A stretch of DNA of 64,000 nucleotides from Gammaproteobacteria bacterium (GTDB lineage Bacteria > Pseudomonadota > Gammaproteobacteria > G965277405), in the NCBI GenBank assembly GCA_965277405.1, contig OZ255726.1, positions 887,128 through 951,127 on the forward strand, in the 5' to 3' direction. A program made the translations under genes and the position numbers. Positions within the stretch are counted from its first letter, which is position 1; each line of letters starts with the position of its first letter. Under the pieces are notes generated by a model. It saw nothing but the letters and a program-made list of their open reading frames with translations, did not search any database and was not told the DNA's origin. Positions 11,098 to 20,401 of the stretch are shown here, in pieces.

Positions 11098-12455
11098 TTA
11101 ACCAATTGCTTTTCATATTGTAACAACTCCTTGTATAACGCCCCATCAGCATCAAGCTCCTCTAATTCTGTACGAAACGTGTGTAACCGCGTATGAATTG
11201 ATTGTTTTTGCCATGTATCAAAGCGTACTCGCTCAATTTCGCTCATTGTTGCTGGTGCGTATCTGCATTTCAGCCGATTAAATAACTCTGGTAATCGTGA
11301 ATCACGAAACTCGCATTGCTGCCATTGTGCAATAGGCTGTTGATGTAACGCTGCAGCTTTGAGCATATCCTGTTTGTTAAAAAACCCATTGTATAATTGT
11401 TCTTCAACATCATCAAGCCCTGTTGACCCAACACTAATTTCAGTACGTGACATCACTTGAAGAATTTTTTCATGCAATCGATGTCGTTTTAACACCTCGT
11501 AATGTGCAAAGCATTCCTTTACATCTATTCCTAGCTGTATGGCGCGATCCTCGCCCAACAACTTTGCAGGCATCACCATCGGACTGCGGTTCAAATGCAT
11601 ACCCTTAATGCGAATGGCAGGGGCGCCATCTTGCTGGCGCGACAGCAACGCACGTAATTCCTCAATTGTCGATTGAATAATTAATTGTGGATCACAACTT
11701 AAATCAATAACATAGCAACAATTTTGATTATCAGGATCAAACACTATTGGCAGCACAATTGCAGCGCATCCATGCGCTGCTGGAAACATTCCTGATATAT
11801 GCAGCACTGGCTTGCCGATAACTATCTGCATTGCAACTGCATGCTTATTCCGCAATTGTAGCGCAAAAGAAAATAGCTTAGGTTGGCGGGTTTGTACTAT
11901 TTTCATTAGGGCAATCGTCGCATGAACATCCGCCAAAGCATCATGGGCATTGTGTGAAATATCATTGGCAGCTGTCAAATGCTCTAGGCGAAATGTTGGT
12001 ATTCCATCAATAAGCTGCCATTGTAATGTTTTTGGACGAATTGCATACACCAACCGCAACACATCAAGCACGTCCCAGCGGCTATTTCCATTTTGATAAT
12101 GCCACGTATATGGTTCATATAAATTTCGATAACAGGCATACCGAATAAACTGATCATCAAAGCGTGCAGAATTAAAACCAACAATGCACGTAGGGGTTTT
12201 GGTAAAACACGCATGGATATCTGTAATAAACTGATACTCATTAACCCCATGTTCGCTTGCTAGTTGCGGGGTAATATGCGTGACCATCACAGCTTGTGGA
12301 TGGATTACTTTTTCTAATGGAGGCTTACAATACCAAGGTCCATACGTTTCTATAAGCTGCAACTCGTCATCGGTACGGACACCTGCAAACTGTGCAATTG
12401 CATCTTGCGCAGGATTCAGTCCAAATGTTTCAAGGTCATACCAAACGAACTCCAT
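11067..12455 (-). CDS. sbcB: Exodeoxyribonuclease I SbcB
   Basis: It has the N-terminal exonuclease motif FVWYDLETFG and is 462 aa. Confidence 0.85.
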   Translation of the reverse strand: MEFVWYDLETFGLNPAQDAIAQFAGVRTDDELQLIETYGPWYCKPPLEKVIHPQAVMVTHITPQLASEHGVNEYQFITDIHACFTKTPTCIVGFNSARFDDQFIRYACYRNLYEPYTWHYQNGNSRWDVLDVLRLVYAIRPKTLQWQLIDGIPTFRLEHLTAANDISHNAHDALADVHATIALMKIVQTRQPKLFSFALQLRNKHAVAMQIVIGKPVLHISGMFPAAHGCAAIVLPIVFDPDNQNCCYVIDLSCDPQLIIQSTIEELRALLSRQQDGAPAIRIKGMHLNRSPMVMPAKLLGEDRAIQLGIDVKECFAHYEVLKRHRLHEKILQVMSRTEISVGSTGLDDVEEQLYNGFFNKQDMLKAAALHQQPIAQWQQCEFRDSRLPELFNRLKCRYAPATMSEIERVRFDTWQKQSIHTRLHTFRTELEELDADGALYKELLQYEKQLVNYSVSSVLAK

Positions 12456-12559
12456 ACTTGCCCAATTTCCTCTAATATTAAAATGGTATTAGATTAAACT
12501 GTAAAAGATAAATAATGTCAAATTGACACCGTGGAATTGCTGCCTATTATGCCAGTATT

Positions 12560-12649
12560 GGAGGGATGGCAGAGCGGTTGAATGCACTGGTCTTGAAAAC
12601 CAGCAAGGGTTAACACCCTTCCAGGGTTCGAATCCCTGTCCCTCCGCCA
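12560..12649 (+). tRNA. tRNA-Ser (anticodon UGA) with a long variable arm
   Basis: The sequence is GGAGGGATGGCAGAGCGG...CTTGAAAACCAG...GGTTCGAATCCCTGTCCCTCCGCCA. The 7-bp acceptor stem pairs, the anticodon loop is CTTGAAA and the type II variable arm is present. Confidence 0.9.
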
Positions 12650-12741
12650 TTGCTGTCAAACTCCACCACTTTTTTGGGTTGATGAAGCAGTTATTTCATG
12701 AAACTCTGATTCAATGTGGCGTAACAACAAAGAATTGTAAT

Positions 12742-13692
12742 ATGGCTCAAAAAATTATAATTGATACAGATCCAGGGCAGGATGACGCCGTTGCTTTGCT
12801 GCTGGCACTCGCTTCACCAGAAAATGTTGATGTTTTGGGGGTTGTTGCTGTAGCTGGCAATGTCGGTTTGGCACAAAACGCGCAAAACGCCTTAAAAATT
12901 GTCGAGTTGAGCGGGAGAGTGGATGTGCCTGTATTTGCTGGTTCCTCTGCCCCGCTACAACGCCGGCCGGTGACTGCCGAGCATGTGCATGGTGATACGG
13001 GTTTGAACGGTGCTGATCTGCCAGCTCCTCAAATCAAGCTGCAGGAACAAGACGGTGTGGATTTTATTATCGGCACCATCTTAGCCAATGCAGCCAACAG
13101 TGTTACTTTGTGTGCTCTGGGGCCGCTGACCAACATCGCTGTGGCGCTAACGCGGCAACCTAAAATTGCCAACCGTATTCAAAAAATCGTGTTGATGGGT
13201 GGCGCCTATTTCCAAGTCGGCAACATTACCCCGGCTGCGGAATTTAATATCTATGTGGACCCTGAAGCTGCGGATATTGTGTTCCGTTCTGGCGTGCCGA
13301 TTGTCGTAGCTTCACTCGATGTTACCCACAAAGTTTTGACTAGTAAAAGGCGGCTGCTGAGGATTGCGAACATTGGTAACGCATGCAGTGATGCCGTCGT
13401 AAAAATGCTCAAATTTTCCGCTCAGTTTGACTTGAAAAAATACGGCTGGGACGGCGCGCCGTTGCACGACCCGTGTGTGATTGCCTATTTGATCAAGCCC
13501 GAACTGTTTGTGGGACGGATGATCAATGTCTCCATTGAAACGCAAAGCGAATTAACGCGTGGGATGAGTGTTGCCGATTTTTGGAGCGTTATGGACCAAG
13601 CTGACTATCCAGCGAATGCCAAGTTTTTATCTGATGTCGATGCCAACGGGTTGTATGACCTGTTGTGCGCACGACTGGCGCGGCTACCGTAA
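12742..13692 (+). CDS. Inosine-uridine preferring nucleoside hydrolase (Rih family)
   Basis: The motif IIIDTDPGQDDAVALLLA identifies the IUNH family. The track ORF start at 12523 runs through the tRNA, so the true start is the ATG at 12742. Confidence 0.85.
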   Translation: MAQKIIIDTDPGQDDAVALLLALASPENVDVLGVVAVAGNVGLAQNAQNALKIVELSGRVDVPVFAGSSAPLQRRPVTAEHVHGDTGLNGADLPAPQIKLQEQDGVDFIIGTILANAANSVTLCALGPLTNIAVALTRQPKIANRIQKIVLMGGAYFQVGNITPAAEFNIYVDPEAADIVFRSGVPIVVASLDVTHKVLTSKRRLLRIANIGNACSDAVVKMLKFSAQFDLKKYGWDGAPLHDPCVIAYLIKPELFVGRMINVSIETQSELTRGMSVADFWSVMDQADYPANAKFLSDVDANGLYDLLCARLARLP

Positions 13693-13867
13693 ATTTTTAC
13701 CAGACATAATTTTTACTAGACATATATGCTGATAAGAATTATTAAGGGATAACATATAGCTGTTTTCTTTGTTGTGACAAAGGATTATTGCTGTCATCCC
13801 TTACTTAAATTTTCACAATAACAAGTGATTGTAATGCTGTCCTGCTGGTTGCTGTAGGCATCAAGAA

Positions 13868-14290
13868 CTAATTGACAGTAGTTGTGATTTCAATATTTCC
13901 TCGCGTTGCATTTGAATATGGGCAGACTTGGTGCGCGTCTTCCACAAGTTTTTCAGCAATATTTTGTTCCATGTCGGGCACACTGACCAATAATTCTACA
14001 GCAATAGCAAAGCCAACCCCTGTAACGTTTTCACCAATACCTACATGCGCAGTAGCGCTTACATTGTCACTGATAGCGAGTTTTTGTTCCTTTGCTACAT
14101 GTTGCATTGCTCCGATAAAACAAGCAGAATATCCTGCGGCAAAAAGCTGTTCTGGGTTAGTGCCGTTTCCTCCAGTGCCGCCAAGCTCCTTTGGCACACT
14201 CAATGAAACAGCTAATTTGTTATCATCACTGGCTGATGTTCCTTCTCGCCCGCCAGTTGATGTGGCTCGTGCTGTATATATATTTTGCAT
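13868..14290 (-). CDS. ohr: Organic hydroperoxide resistance protein (OsmC/Ohr family)
   Basis: A 140-aa protein with the two conserved Cys in the Ohr context (AGYSACF...HQVCPYSNA). Confidence 0.8.
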   Translation of the reverse strand: MQNIYTARATSTGGREGTSASDDNKLAVSLSVPKELGGTGGNGTNPEQLFAAGYSACFIGAMQHVAKEQKLAISDNVSATAHVGIGENVTGVGFAIAVELLVSVPDMEQNIAEKLVEDAHQVCPYSNATRGNIEITTTVN

Positions 14291-14364
14291 GTAATTTCCT
14301 TTTCCTTAGGTTGTAACAGATAGTATTCAGTCAATGATATGTTTGACTGAATGATTCGGCTTAG

Positions 14365-14647
14365 TGAAGCTCTGATTAATTCCATGATGGGCGAGACGGA
14401 GAAAAAACGCTGATGATAACTAGACGCAGCACTTGATAATACTGGTGGTATTATCAAGTGCTGCAACGACGTTAGCGCAGCGTTTTTTCCCGTCCTTCTG
14501 TTGAATATACAACGGTTTGATGGTAGCGGTACTTGCTGTGTTGCATCCCTTGGCGTATATGCTATGGCATGCGCCTGCGGAATGCGCCTTGCAATCATCA
14601 GCAATTGCCATCAAACTCGCCCCATCAGCGACTTAATCAGAGCTTCC
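14365..14647 (+). mobile_element. MITE copy 1 (283 bp) with a perfect 4-bp TSD TTAG
   Basis: About 30-bp TIRs (TGAAGCTCTGATTAATTCCATGATGGGCGAG ... CTCGCCCCATCAGCGACTTAATCAGAGCTTCC). TTAG occurs at 14361-14364 and 14648-14651. It is about 90-95% identical to copies 2-6. Confidence 0.85.
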
Positions 14648-14960
14648 TTAGGCTATGATACTAGTAACTAGGAGCATTATTTCAAGTAATCAGAACTGCT
14701 TTGGCGAGGAATTGCTAATTATGATACTGATGTGTTGCTATTGCTATAAAAGTGTTAGCATGCTGTATTGTGAGAGTGGGCACAGTAACATTCACAATCC
14801 ATCAATAAATAAGACGAAAGTTTTTTGATGAACTGTGATAGATTGCTCACTGTTAGTCGTCGTAGATAATATAAGTATGGGCTATGCGCAGGCTTGTGGG
14901 TGTTTCTACCTGAGTTATTCCCACAAACAGTTTTAGAAAATTTTACGATTCATTATATTT

Positions 14961-16313
14961 ATGTACCAAAGAAAACCAATGTCCTTTGCCAATAATATGC
15001 GTATCAACAAGCTGTGTATTCAAACGATTATTGCGTTGACGGTGATGGTGTTTGGGCATGGAGTTTATGCGGAAGATAATGCCATCACAATTCAAATTTC
15101 TAAAGGCATTGTCGCACCAGTTACTATGGCAATTTCTCCATTTTTTCGTGCTGCAGGCATTGATGCGAATATTAATGTGGTTGATGTCATCAGGCAAGAT
15201 ATGCGCTTAAGTGGCGAGATTGTGGTATTGCCAGCGAATAAGTATTTAAGTTTGCCAAGCCGCGCTGATGAAGTGTTTTGGAGCGATTGGGAGAATATTG
15301 ATGCAGAGTATTTATTGATTGGTCGTGTCCGCAAAGACGGAGCCAACCATCGCGTAGAATATGAATTATTCGATGTTTTTGGTCGGCGTACAATCGGCGA
15401 CGAGTATTTAATTTTTACCAAAAAAAATGTTCGGTCGGTCGGTCATTTGATTTCTGATTATATCTATAAAGAAATCACTGGGCTACCAGGAGTGTATTCA
15501 ACAAAATTGGCATATGTGCTAATTGATGGGAAACGAGAGACTCACCCAACATTCCTTTTGCAGATTTCCGACTATGACGGCAAACGTGCCCAGACTATTT
15601 TAAAATCAAAACAGCCAATTATTTCGCCAACGTGGGCTCCCAATGGCTATGACATTGCGTATGTGTCGTATGAGCGCGGTCAGTCAAATATTTTTAGCCA
15701 AAACGTGCGCACAGGAAAGCGGCAGATCATTACTTGGTTTAAAGGCTTGAATAGTTCTCCAGCATGGTCGCCAGATGGCAAAAAACTTGCAATTGTGCTG
15801 TCCCGTGGTGCCAATGCAGATATTTATTTATATACCTTTGCCAACAAAAAATTTACCCGATTGACGAAGCATCTGGGGATTGATACGGAGCCTAGTTGGT
15901 CGGCAGATAGCAACACCTTGTTGTTTACCTCAGAACGTGCTGGCGGATCACCGCAGATTTTTAAATTGAATTTAACGAATAAAACTATTCACCAAATAAC
16001 AAGCGAGGGTCAGTATGCAACCCATGCGCGCTACAGCAATGGCGGTCGTGCCATTGTATATATTAAGAAGATTGGCAATGTGTATAAATTAGTCCACCAT
16101 AATTTAGCTACACGAGAAATAAAGCCGCTTGGCAATAGCCGCGATTATGATGAATCACCAAGCGTTTCTCCAAATGGCAATAGAGTAATATTCTCAACAA
16201 AAATAAACGGGCGTAGTGTGTTAAAGATAGTCTCAGTAGACGGCACTGTTGAACATACACTGCCGTTTAAGAAAGGCGAAGTGCTTGACCCAGCTTGGTC
16301 TGGTTATCGATAA
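14961..16313 (+). CDS. tolB: Tol-Pal system beta-propeller protein TolB. The start is uncertain; an alternative ATG at 14997 gives a clean signal peptide.
   Basis: The signal peptide MRINKLCIQTIIALTVMVFGHGVYA is followed by the TolB N-domain and WD40-like repeats (SPAWSPDGKKLAIV). There is no tolQRA upstream and no pal downstream. Confidence 0.85.
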   Translation: MYQRKPMSFANNMRINKLCIQTIIALTVMVFGHGVYAEDNAITIQISKGIVAPVTMAISPFFRAAGIDANINVVDVIRQDMRLSGEIVVLPANKYLSLPSRADEVFWSDWENIDAEYLLIGRVRKDGANHRVEYELFDVFGRRTIGDEYLIFTKKNVRSVGHLISDYIYKEITGLPGVYSTKLAYVLIDGKRETHPTFLLQISDYDGKRAQTILKSKQPIISPTWAPNGYDIAYVSYERGQSNIFSQNVRTGKRQIITWFKGLNSSPAWSPDGKKLAIVLSRGANADIYLYTFANKKFTRLTKHLGIDTEPSWSADSNTLLFTSERAGGSPQIFKLNLTNKTIHQITSEGQYATHARYSNGGRAIVYIKKIGNVYKLVHHNLATREIKPLGNSRDYDESPSVSPNGNRVIFSTKINGRSVLKIVSVDGTVEHTLPFKKGEVLDPAWSGYR

Positions 16314-16340
16314 TAACTAGCGTGCAATACGCAAATAATA

Positions 16341-17492
16341 ATGACCGCAACACTGCGCCCAGTCCGCTTTATCACCATTGGTTCTGCGATGATAGATATC
16401 ATTGCGTTGATTGGTAAAGATGACATAGAAAAAGTATCGTTTACTAACGCAATAACAGCTTTTCTATTGGTTGAACCAGGCCGAAAAATAGAAGCAAAAA
16501 AAATATTTACCAATGTCGGGGGTGGTGCAATCAATACCGCTGTGTCAATGAAACGCCTCGGTGGTGATGGTGCGGCAATGGTGCGGATTGGTGATGATTT
16601 TGATGGCAAAAAAATAACGCAATTCCTAGAAAAACATGACATTGCTACACGGCTCATAATCACTGACGCAGCGCAGCAAACAGGCAGCGCTGTGTTGATT
16701 ACAGCGCATGATTATAATAATGCTATCTATACCTATCGCGGTGCCAACACTGCATTTATTGCAGCAGAATTTGCCGCTAAAATTTTTTTAGATGTTGATG
16801 TGCTACATATTTGTCCGTTGAGTGGTCGATCTGCAAACCACCTACCAAGAATCATTCAGCAAGCGCGAGCGCAGCCAAATGTTTTTATTTCAGTGAATCC
16901 TGGAATTCGCCAAATGACAGCGCATGCTACTAAACTTTTTTCTCTTGTCGCTCAAATCAATCTGCTCGCGTGTAACGCGGTAGAGGCTGGAGTTTTAGCG
17001 CAGGCCATTGCTCATTTTCTGCATGAAGATATTAGCGAACACAGCATAAAAAAACGCCATGTTGATATCAATACAGCATGCAAACTTTTGCATACAGGCG
17101 CCCCAGTCGGCACAACTGGCCAGACTATTGATGTGCTATGGTTGATGCAAGTGCTCCTCAAGCAAGGACTTGAATATGGCTTGATAACCGATGGCAGCAA
17201 CGGCGCGTATTTATACAGCAAAAGCGGTATTTGGTATCAACCATCGCTGCTGAGTAAGGGGATTCGCGGCACAGCAGGGGCGGGGGATGCGTATATATCC
17301 ACAGTAGTATATTTATTGAACACAGGGCTAGCACCTGAGTTAGTTGTTGCGTATGCTGCCATGAATGCGGTCAATGTTATCGAACATTTAGACACTCACT
17401 CTGGATTATCGTCGCTAGCAAACTTGCAATTACAACGTGATGAAAACACTCCATCGCCGCAGTTTATTTGTTTTACGCATACACCGGGTTAA
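16341..17492 (+). CDS. PfkB-family carbohydrate/nucleoside kinase (ribokinase-like)
   Basis: The N-terminal GG motif (NVGGGAINTA) and the C-terminal PfkB signature GTAGAGDAY are both present. Confidence 0.7.
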   Translation: MTATLRPVRFITIGSAMIDIIALIGKDDIEKVSFTNAITAFLLVEPGRKIEAKKIFTNVGGGAINTAVSMKRLGGDGAAMVRIGDDFDGKKITQFLEKHDIATRLIITDAAQQTGSAVLITAHDYNNAIYTYRGANTAFIAAEFAAKIFLDVDVLHICPLSGRSANHLPRIIQQARAQPNVFISVNPGIRQMTAHATKLFSLVAQINLLACNAVEAGVLAQAIAHFLHEDISEHSIKKRHVDINTACKLLHTGAPVGTTGQTIDVLWLMQVLLKQGLEYGLITDGSNGAYLYSKSGIWYQPSLLSKGIRGTAGAGDAYISTVVYLLNTGLAPELVVAYAAMNAVNVIEHLDTHSGLSSLANLQLQRDENTPSPQFICFTHTPG

Positions 17493-17496
17493 CGCT

Positions 17497-18792
17497 ATGA
17501 CTACTGAATTGTTGTCGCCTGCAGGCACCCTCAAGCATTTGCAATATGCCATAGCATATGGCGCAGATGCAGTATATGCTGGGCAGCCACGATATAGTTT
17601 ACGCGTACGCAATAACTCATTTAATAAAATTGAACATATCAAAACAGGTATAGCAACCGCGCATGCCCAAGGAAAGTTATTTTTTTTAGCGAGCAATATT
17701 GCCGCGCATAATGACAAAGTTAAAACCTATATTCGCGACTTAGAGCCAATCATTGCCTGTCGTCCAGATGCGCTGATTATGTCTGATCCAGGGCTTATTA
17801 TGCTGGTTCGTGAACGCTGGCCAGAGCAAGTCATCCATCTGTCAGTACAAAGCAATGTTGTCAATTACCAAGCGGTGACGTTCTGGCAGAACATCGGCGT
17901 GCAGCGCATTATTTTATCCCGTGAGTTATCGCTAGATGAGATTCGTGAAATCCGCCAACTATGCCCAGATATTGAATTAGAAGTATTTGTCCACGGTGCG
18001 CTGTGCATGGCGTATTCTGGTCGCTGCTTGTTGTCTGGATATTTTAATCATCGCGATGCAAATCAAGGCGCGTGCACCAATGCATGCCGTTGGAAATACG
18101 ATACCTTTGCGACAAATAAAACAGCAAGTGGCGATTACGTGAAACAGCACGACCCCGTCGCTATCGAAGAAAAAACGCGTCCTGGTGAATACATGATTGC
18201 TGACGAAGATGAACACGGCACGTATATTATGAATTCAAAAGACCTGCGTGCCATCGAGCATGTCCACCAACTATGCCGCATTGGTATAAATTCACTCAAA
18301 ATTGAAGGGCGGACAAAGTCGTATTATTATGTAGCAAGAACCGCACAATTATACCGACGAGCAATCCACGCCGCTGAACAAGGTATCCCGTTCGACCCAC
18401 AATGGCTATTCGAATTAGACAAACTGGCGAATCGTGGTTATACAGAAGGTTTTTACCGCAGGCACACCCCAGCAGATGAGTTGCAAAACTACGAACAGGG
18501 TAGTTCGCAAAACTTTAACCAGCAATTTGTTGGTGAAATTACTGATGTCATGGAAAAAGAATTGACGATTGAAGTCAAAAATAAGTTTGTTGTCGGCGAC
18601 ACATTAGAAGTCATCTCACCTACAGGCAATCATCAATTTGTGCTGGATTCAATGCGCGATAAAAACGGCATCGCCACAACTGCAGCGCTCGGCTCTGGGC
18701 ATTTGGTGACTATTCCAAATCCAACAGGAATTGCTGATATACAATATGGCTTATTAGCGTGTAATCGTAACAAAATGGAACAGGCAGCATGA
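17497..18792 (+). CDS. U32-family peptidase-like protein (YegQ/TrhP-type tRNA or rRNA hydroxylation factor)
   Basis: It has the U32 motifs (E-x-F-x-H-G-A-L-C-x-A-Y-S-G-R-C) and is about 430 aa from the ATG at 17497. The track start at 17437 is upstream. Confidence 0.8.
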   Translation: MTTELLSPAGTLKHLQYAIAYGADAVYAGQPRYSLRVRNNSFNKIEHIKTGIATAHAQGKLFFLASNIAAHNDKVKTYIRDLEPIIACRPDALIMSDPGLIMLVRERWPEQVIHLSVQSNVVNYQAVTFWQNIGVQRIILSRELSLDEIREIRQLCPDIELEVFVHGALCMAYSGRCLLSGYFNHRDANQGACTNACRWKYDTFATNKTASGDYVKQHDPVAIEEKTRPGEYMIADEDEHGTYIMNSKDLRAIEHVHQLCRIGINSLKIEGRTKSYYYVARTAQLYRRAIHAAEQGIPFDPQWLFELDKLANRGYTEGFYRRHTPADELQNYEQGSSQNFNQQFVGEITDVMEKELTIEVKNKFVVGDTLEVISPTGNHQFVLDSMRDKNGIATTAALGSGHLVTIPNPTGIADIQYGLLACNRNKMEQAA

Positions 18793-19160
18793 GCAACAGA
18801 CAACAACCAACTCCGCGCAGTGAGCGCCGCGAAAAAATCGCCAGTTTGATACAAAAAACACTCGCTCCATTGCTGCAACAATCGCATATTATTGGCATTG
18901 AATTGTTGAGTATTCATTATGTGCGGATGAATAAAGATTTAAGCATTGCAACTGTATATGTCGATAGTTTTGATCTCGATAAAGATATGGCAGTGGTATG
19001 TAAGCAATTGAACGCACACAGTTATGTGTTGCGCCGACAATTAGCGACTCGCGTGGCGCTAAGACGCATACCTGAACTACGCTTTGCTATTGACGCATCG
19101 CTGACGCGTGGTAATCGAATTGAGAGTATTATCGACAACTACCAAGCGTTGCAAGAGTGA
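18789..19160 (+). CDS. rbfA: Ribosome-binding factor A
   Basis: A 123-aa RbfA-family protein, directly upstream of truB. Confidence 0.85.
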   Translation: MSNRQQPTPRSERREKIASLIQKTLAPLLQQSHIIGIELLSIHYVRMNKDLSIATVYVDSFDLDKDMAVVCKQLNAHSYVLRRQLATRVALRRIPELRFAIDASLTRGNRIESIIDNYQALQE

Positions 19161-20071
19161 ATGGCTTTATTTGTGTAGACAAACCACAAGGATGCACCTC
19201 AAGCCAAGTAGTCGTCAAAATTAAGCGCTTGTTACGCAATTTTGACCCCATCCAACACCGAAAAATAAAAGTCGGCCACACTGGGACGCTTGACCCCATG
19301 GCAACTGGCGTGTTACTAGTGGCAATTGGCAAAGCCACCGTGCTCAGTGATTTTTTTTTGCATGGCGAGAAAACCTATCGAGCGATACTGCAGCTAGGTT
19401 GCGCAACAACGACTGGAGACAGCGAGGGCGCAGTCATGCAGCGACAAATAATACCGCCGTACGATCTGCAAATACTCCAAAATATCGCGCAACAACTGCA
19501 AGGGACACAACAGCAAATTCCGCCGATGTATTCGGCCTTAAAACATAATGGCAAGCCGCTGTATGTATACGCACGAGCAGGTGAAACTATTCCTCGCAAA
19601 CCTAGACAAATCACTGTACACCATCTTGAGATACAGCCAGGGGTGAATACACACACCATAGCCATTACCGTGCATTGTTCAGGGGGAACCTATGTGCGGG
19701 CATTGGCAGAAACCATTGCGCATAATATTGGCACATGTGGTCATTTAACGGCATTGCGGCGTATTAAAAGCGGTAATATTAGTATCAAGCAAGCATATTC
19801 AATTGATTATGTCGCCAAGCAAATTGCAGCGGGAATGGTGGATGACTTGCTGATGCCGATGAATATAATTACACAATACATCCCTTGTATTAAAGCGGAT
19901 AAACACCAGTTAGCACCAATTGCAAAAGGGCAGGCGATTACCATTCCAAATAAAATATCGCATGGTAGAGTAGCGCTGATTTTGCAACCAGAGAACGAAG
20001 TGGTTGCGTTATGTGACAACAAGGCGGATGGGATTTTTCCCAAACGCCTACTTCAACCGGAATTGCTGTAA
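19157..20071 (+). CDS. truB: tRNA pseudouridine(55) synthase TruB
   Basis: The motif GHTGTLDPMATGVL is present, and the rbfA-truB-rpsO-pnp synteny is conserved. Confidence 0.9.
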   Translation: MNGFICVDKPQGCTSSQVVVKIKRLLRNFDPIQHRKIKVGHTGTLDPMATGVLLVAIGKATVLSDFFLHGEKTYRAILQLGCATTTGDSEGAVMQRQIIPPYDLQILQNIAQQLQGTQQQIPPMYSALKHNGKPLYVYARAGETIPRKPRQITVHHLEIQPGVNTHTIAITVHCSGGTYVRALAETIAHNIGTCGHLTALRRIKSGNISIKQAYSIDYVAKQIAAGMVDDLLMPMNIITQYIPCIKADKHQLAPIAKGQAITIPNKISHGRVALILQPENEVVALCDNKADGIFPKRLLQPELL

Positions 20072-20121
20072 ATATGCATGGTAATGATGGTTTTTTTGGA
20101 AAGCATATTTAGGAGATAACA

Positions 20122-20391
20122 ATGGCACTTTCGTTTGAAGAAAAACGCGAAATTGTTGAACAATACGGTAAAACCGCAACAGATACTGGCTCGTCCAAAG
20201 TGCAAATAGCTTTGCTAACTGCAGACATTAATAAACTGCAGGACCATTTTAAAAGACAAGGCAAAGATCACCATTCTCGTCGTGGACTGATTCGCAAAGT
20301 AAATCAAAGACGAAAACTACTGCAATACCTGAAAAACTCAAGCATCCAAGCGTATGGCGAAATTATCCGCGCACTTGGACTACGCCGCTAG
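20122..20391 (+). CDS. rpsO: 30S ribosomal protein S15
   Basis: An 89-aa protein matching S15, preceded by an AGGAGA SD. Confidence 0.92.
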   Translation: MALSFEEKREIVEQYGKTATDTGSSKVQIALLTADINKLQDHFKRQGKDHHSRRGLIRKVNQRRKLLQYLKNSSIQAYGEIIRALGLRR

Positions 20392-20401
20392 GACATACAA
20401 C

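Noticed and set aside
12523-12741. 5' extension of the nucleoside hydrolase ORF (track start 12523)
   Set aside because: The extension reads straight through the tRNA-Ser gene (12560-12649). The conserved IIIDTDPGQDD N-terminus begins at the ATG at 12742.
14212-14614. ORFs of 60-130 aa lying inside MITE copies (14212-14604, 14420-14614, 22557-22754, 45638-45877, 45682-45867, 50120-50314, 55046-55282). They encode recurring peptides such as MLMIARRIPQAHAIAYTPRDATQQVPLPSNRCIFNRRTGKNAALTSLQHLIIPPVLSA.
   Set aside because: They recur only because the DNA repeat recurs. They lie on either strand, have no start or SD context, and change frame between copies. They are repeat-derived reading frames, not a gene family, though the element is noticeably stop-poor.
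20072-20121. Inverted repeat AAATATGC...GCATATTT between truB and rpsO as an intrinsic terminator
   Set aside because: The arms are 8 bp with a 24-nt loop, and the T-run lies inside the loop rather than after the stem. It is more likely part of the rpsO promoter or leader than a terminator.
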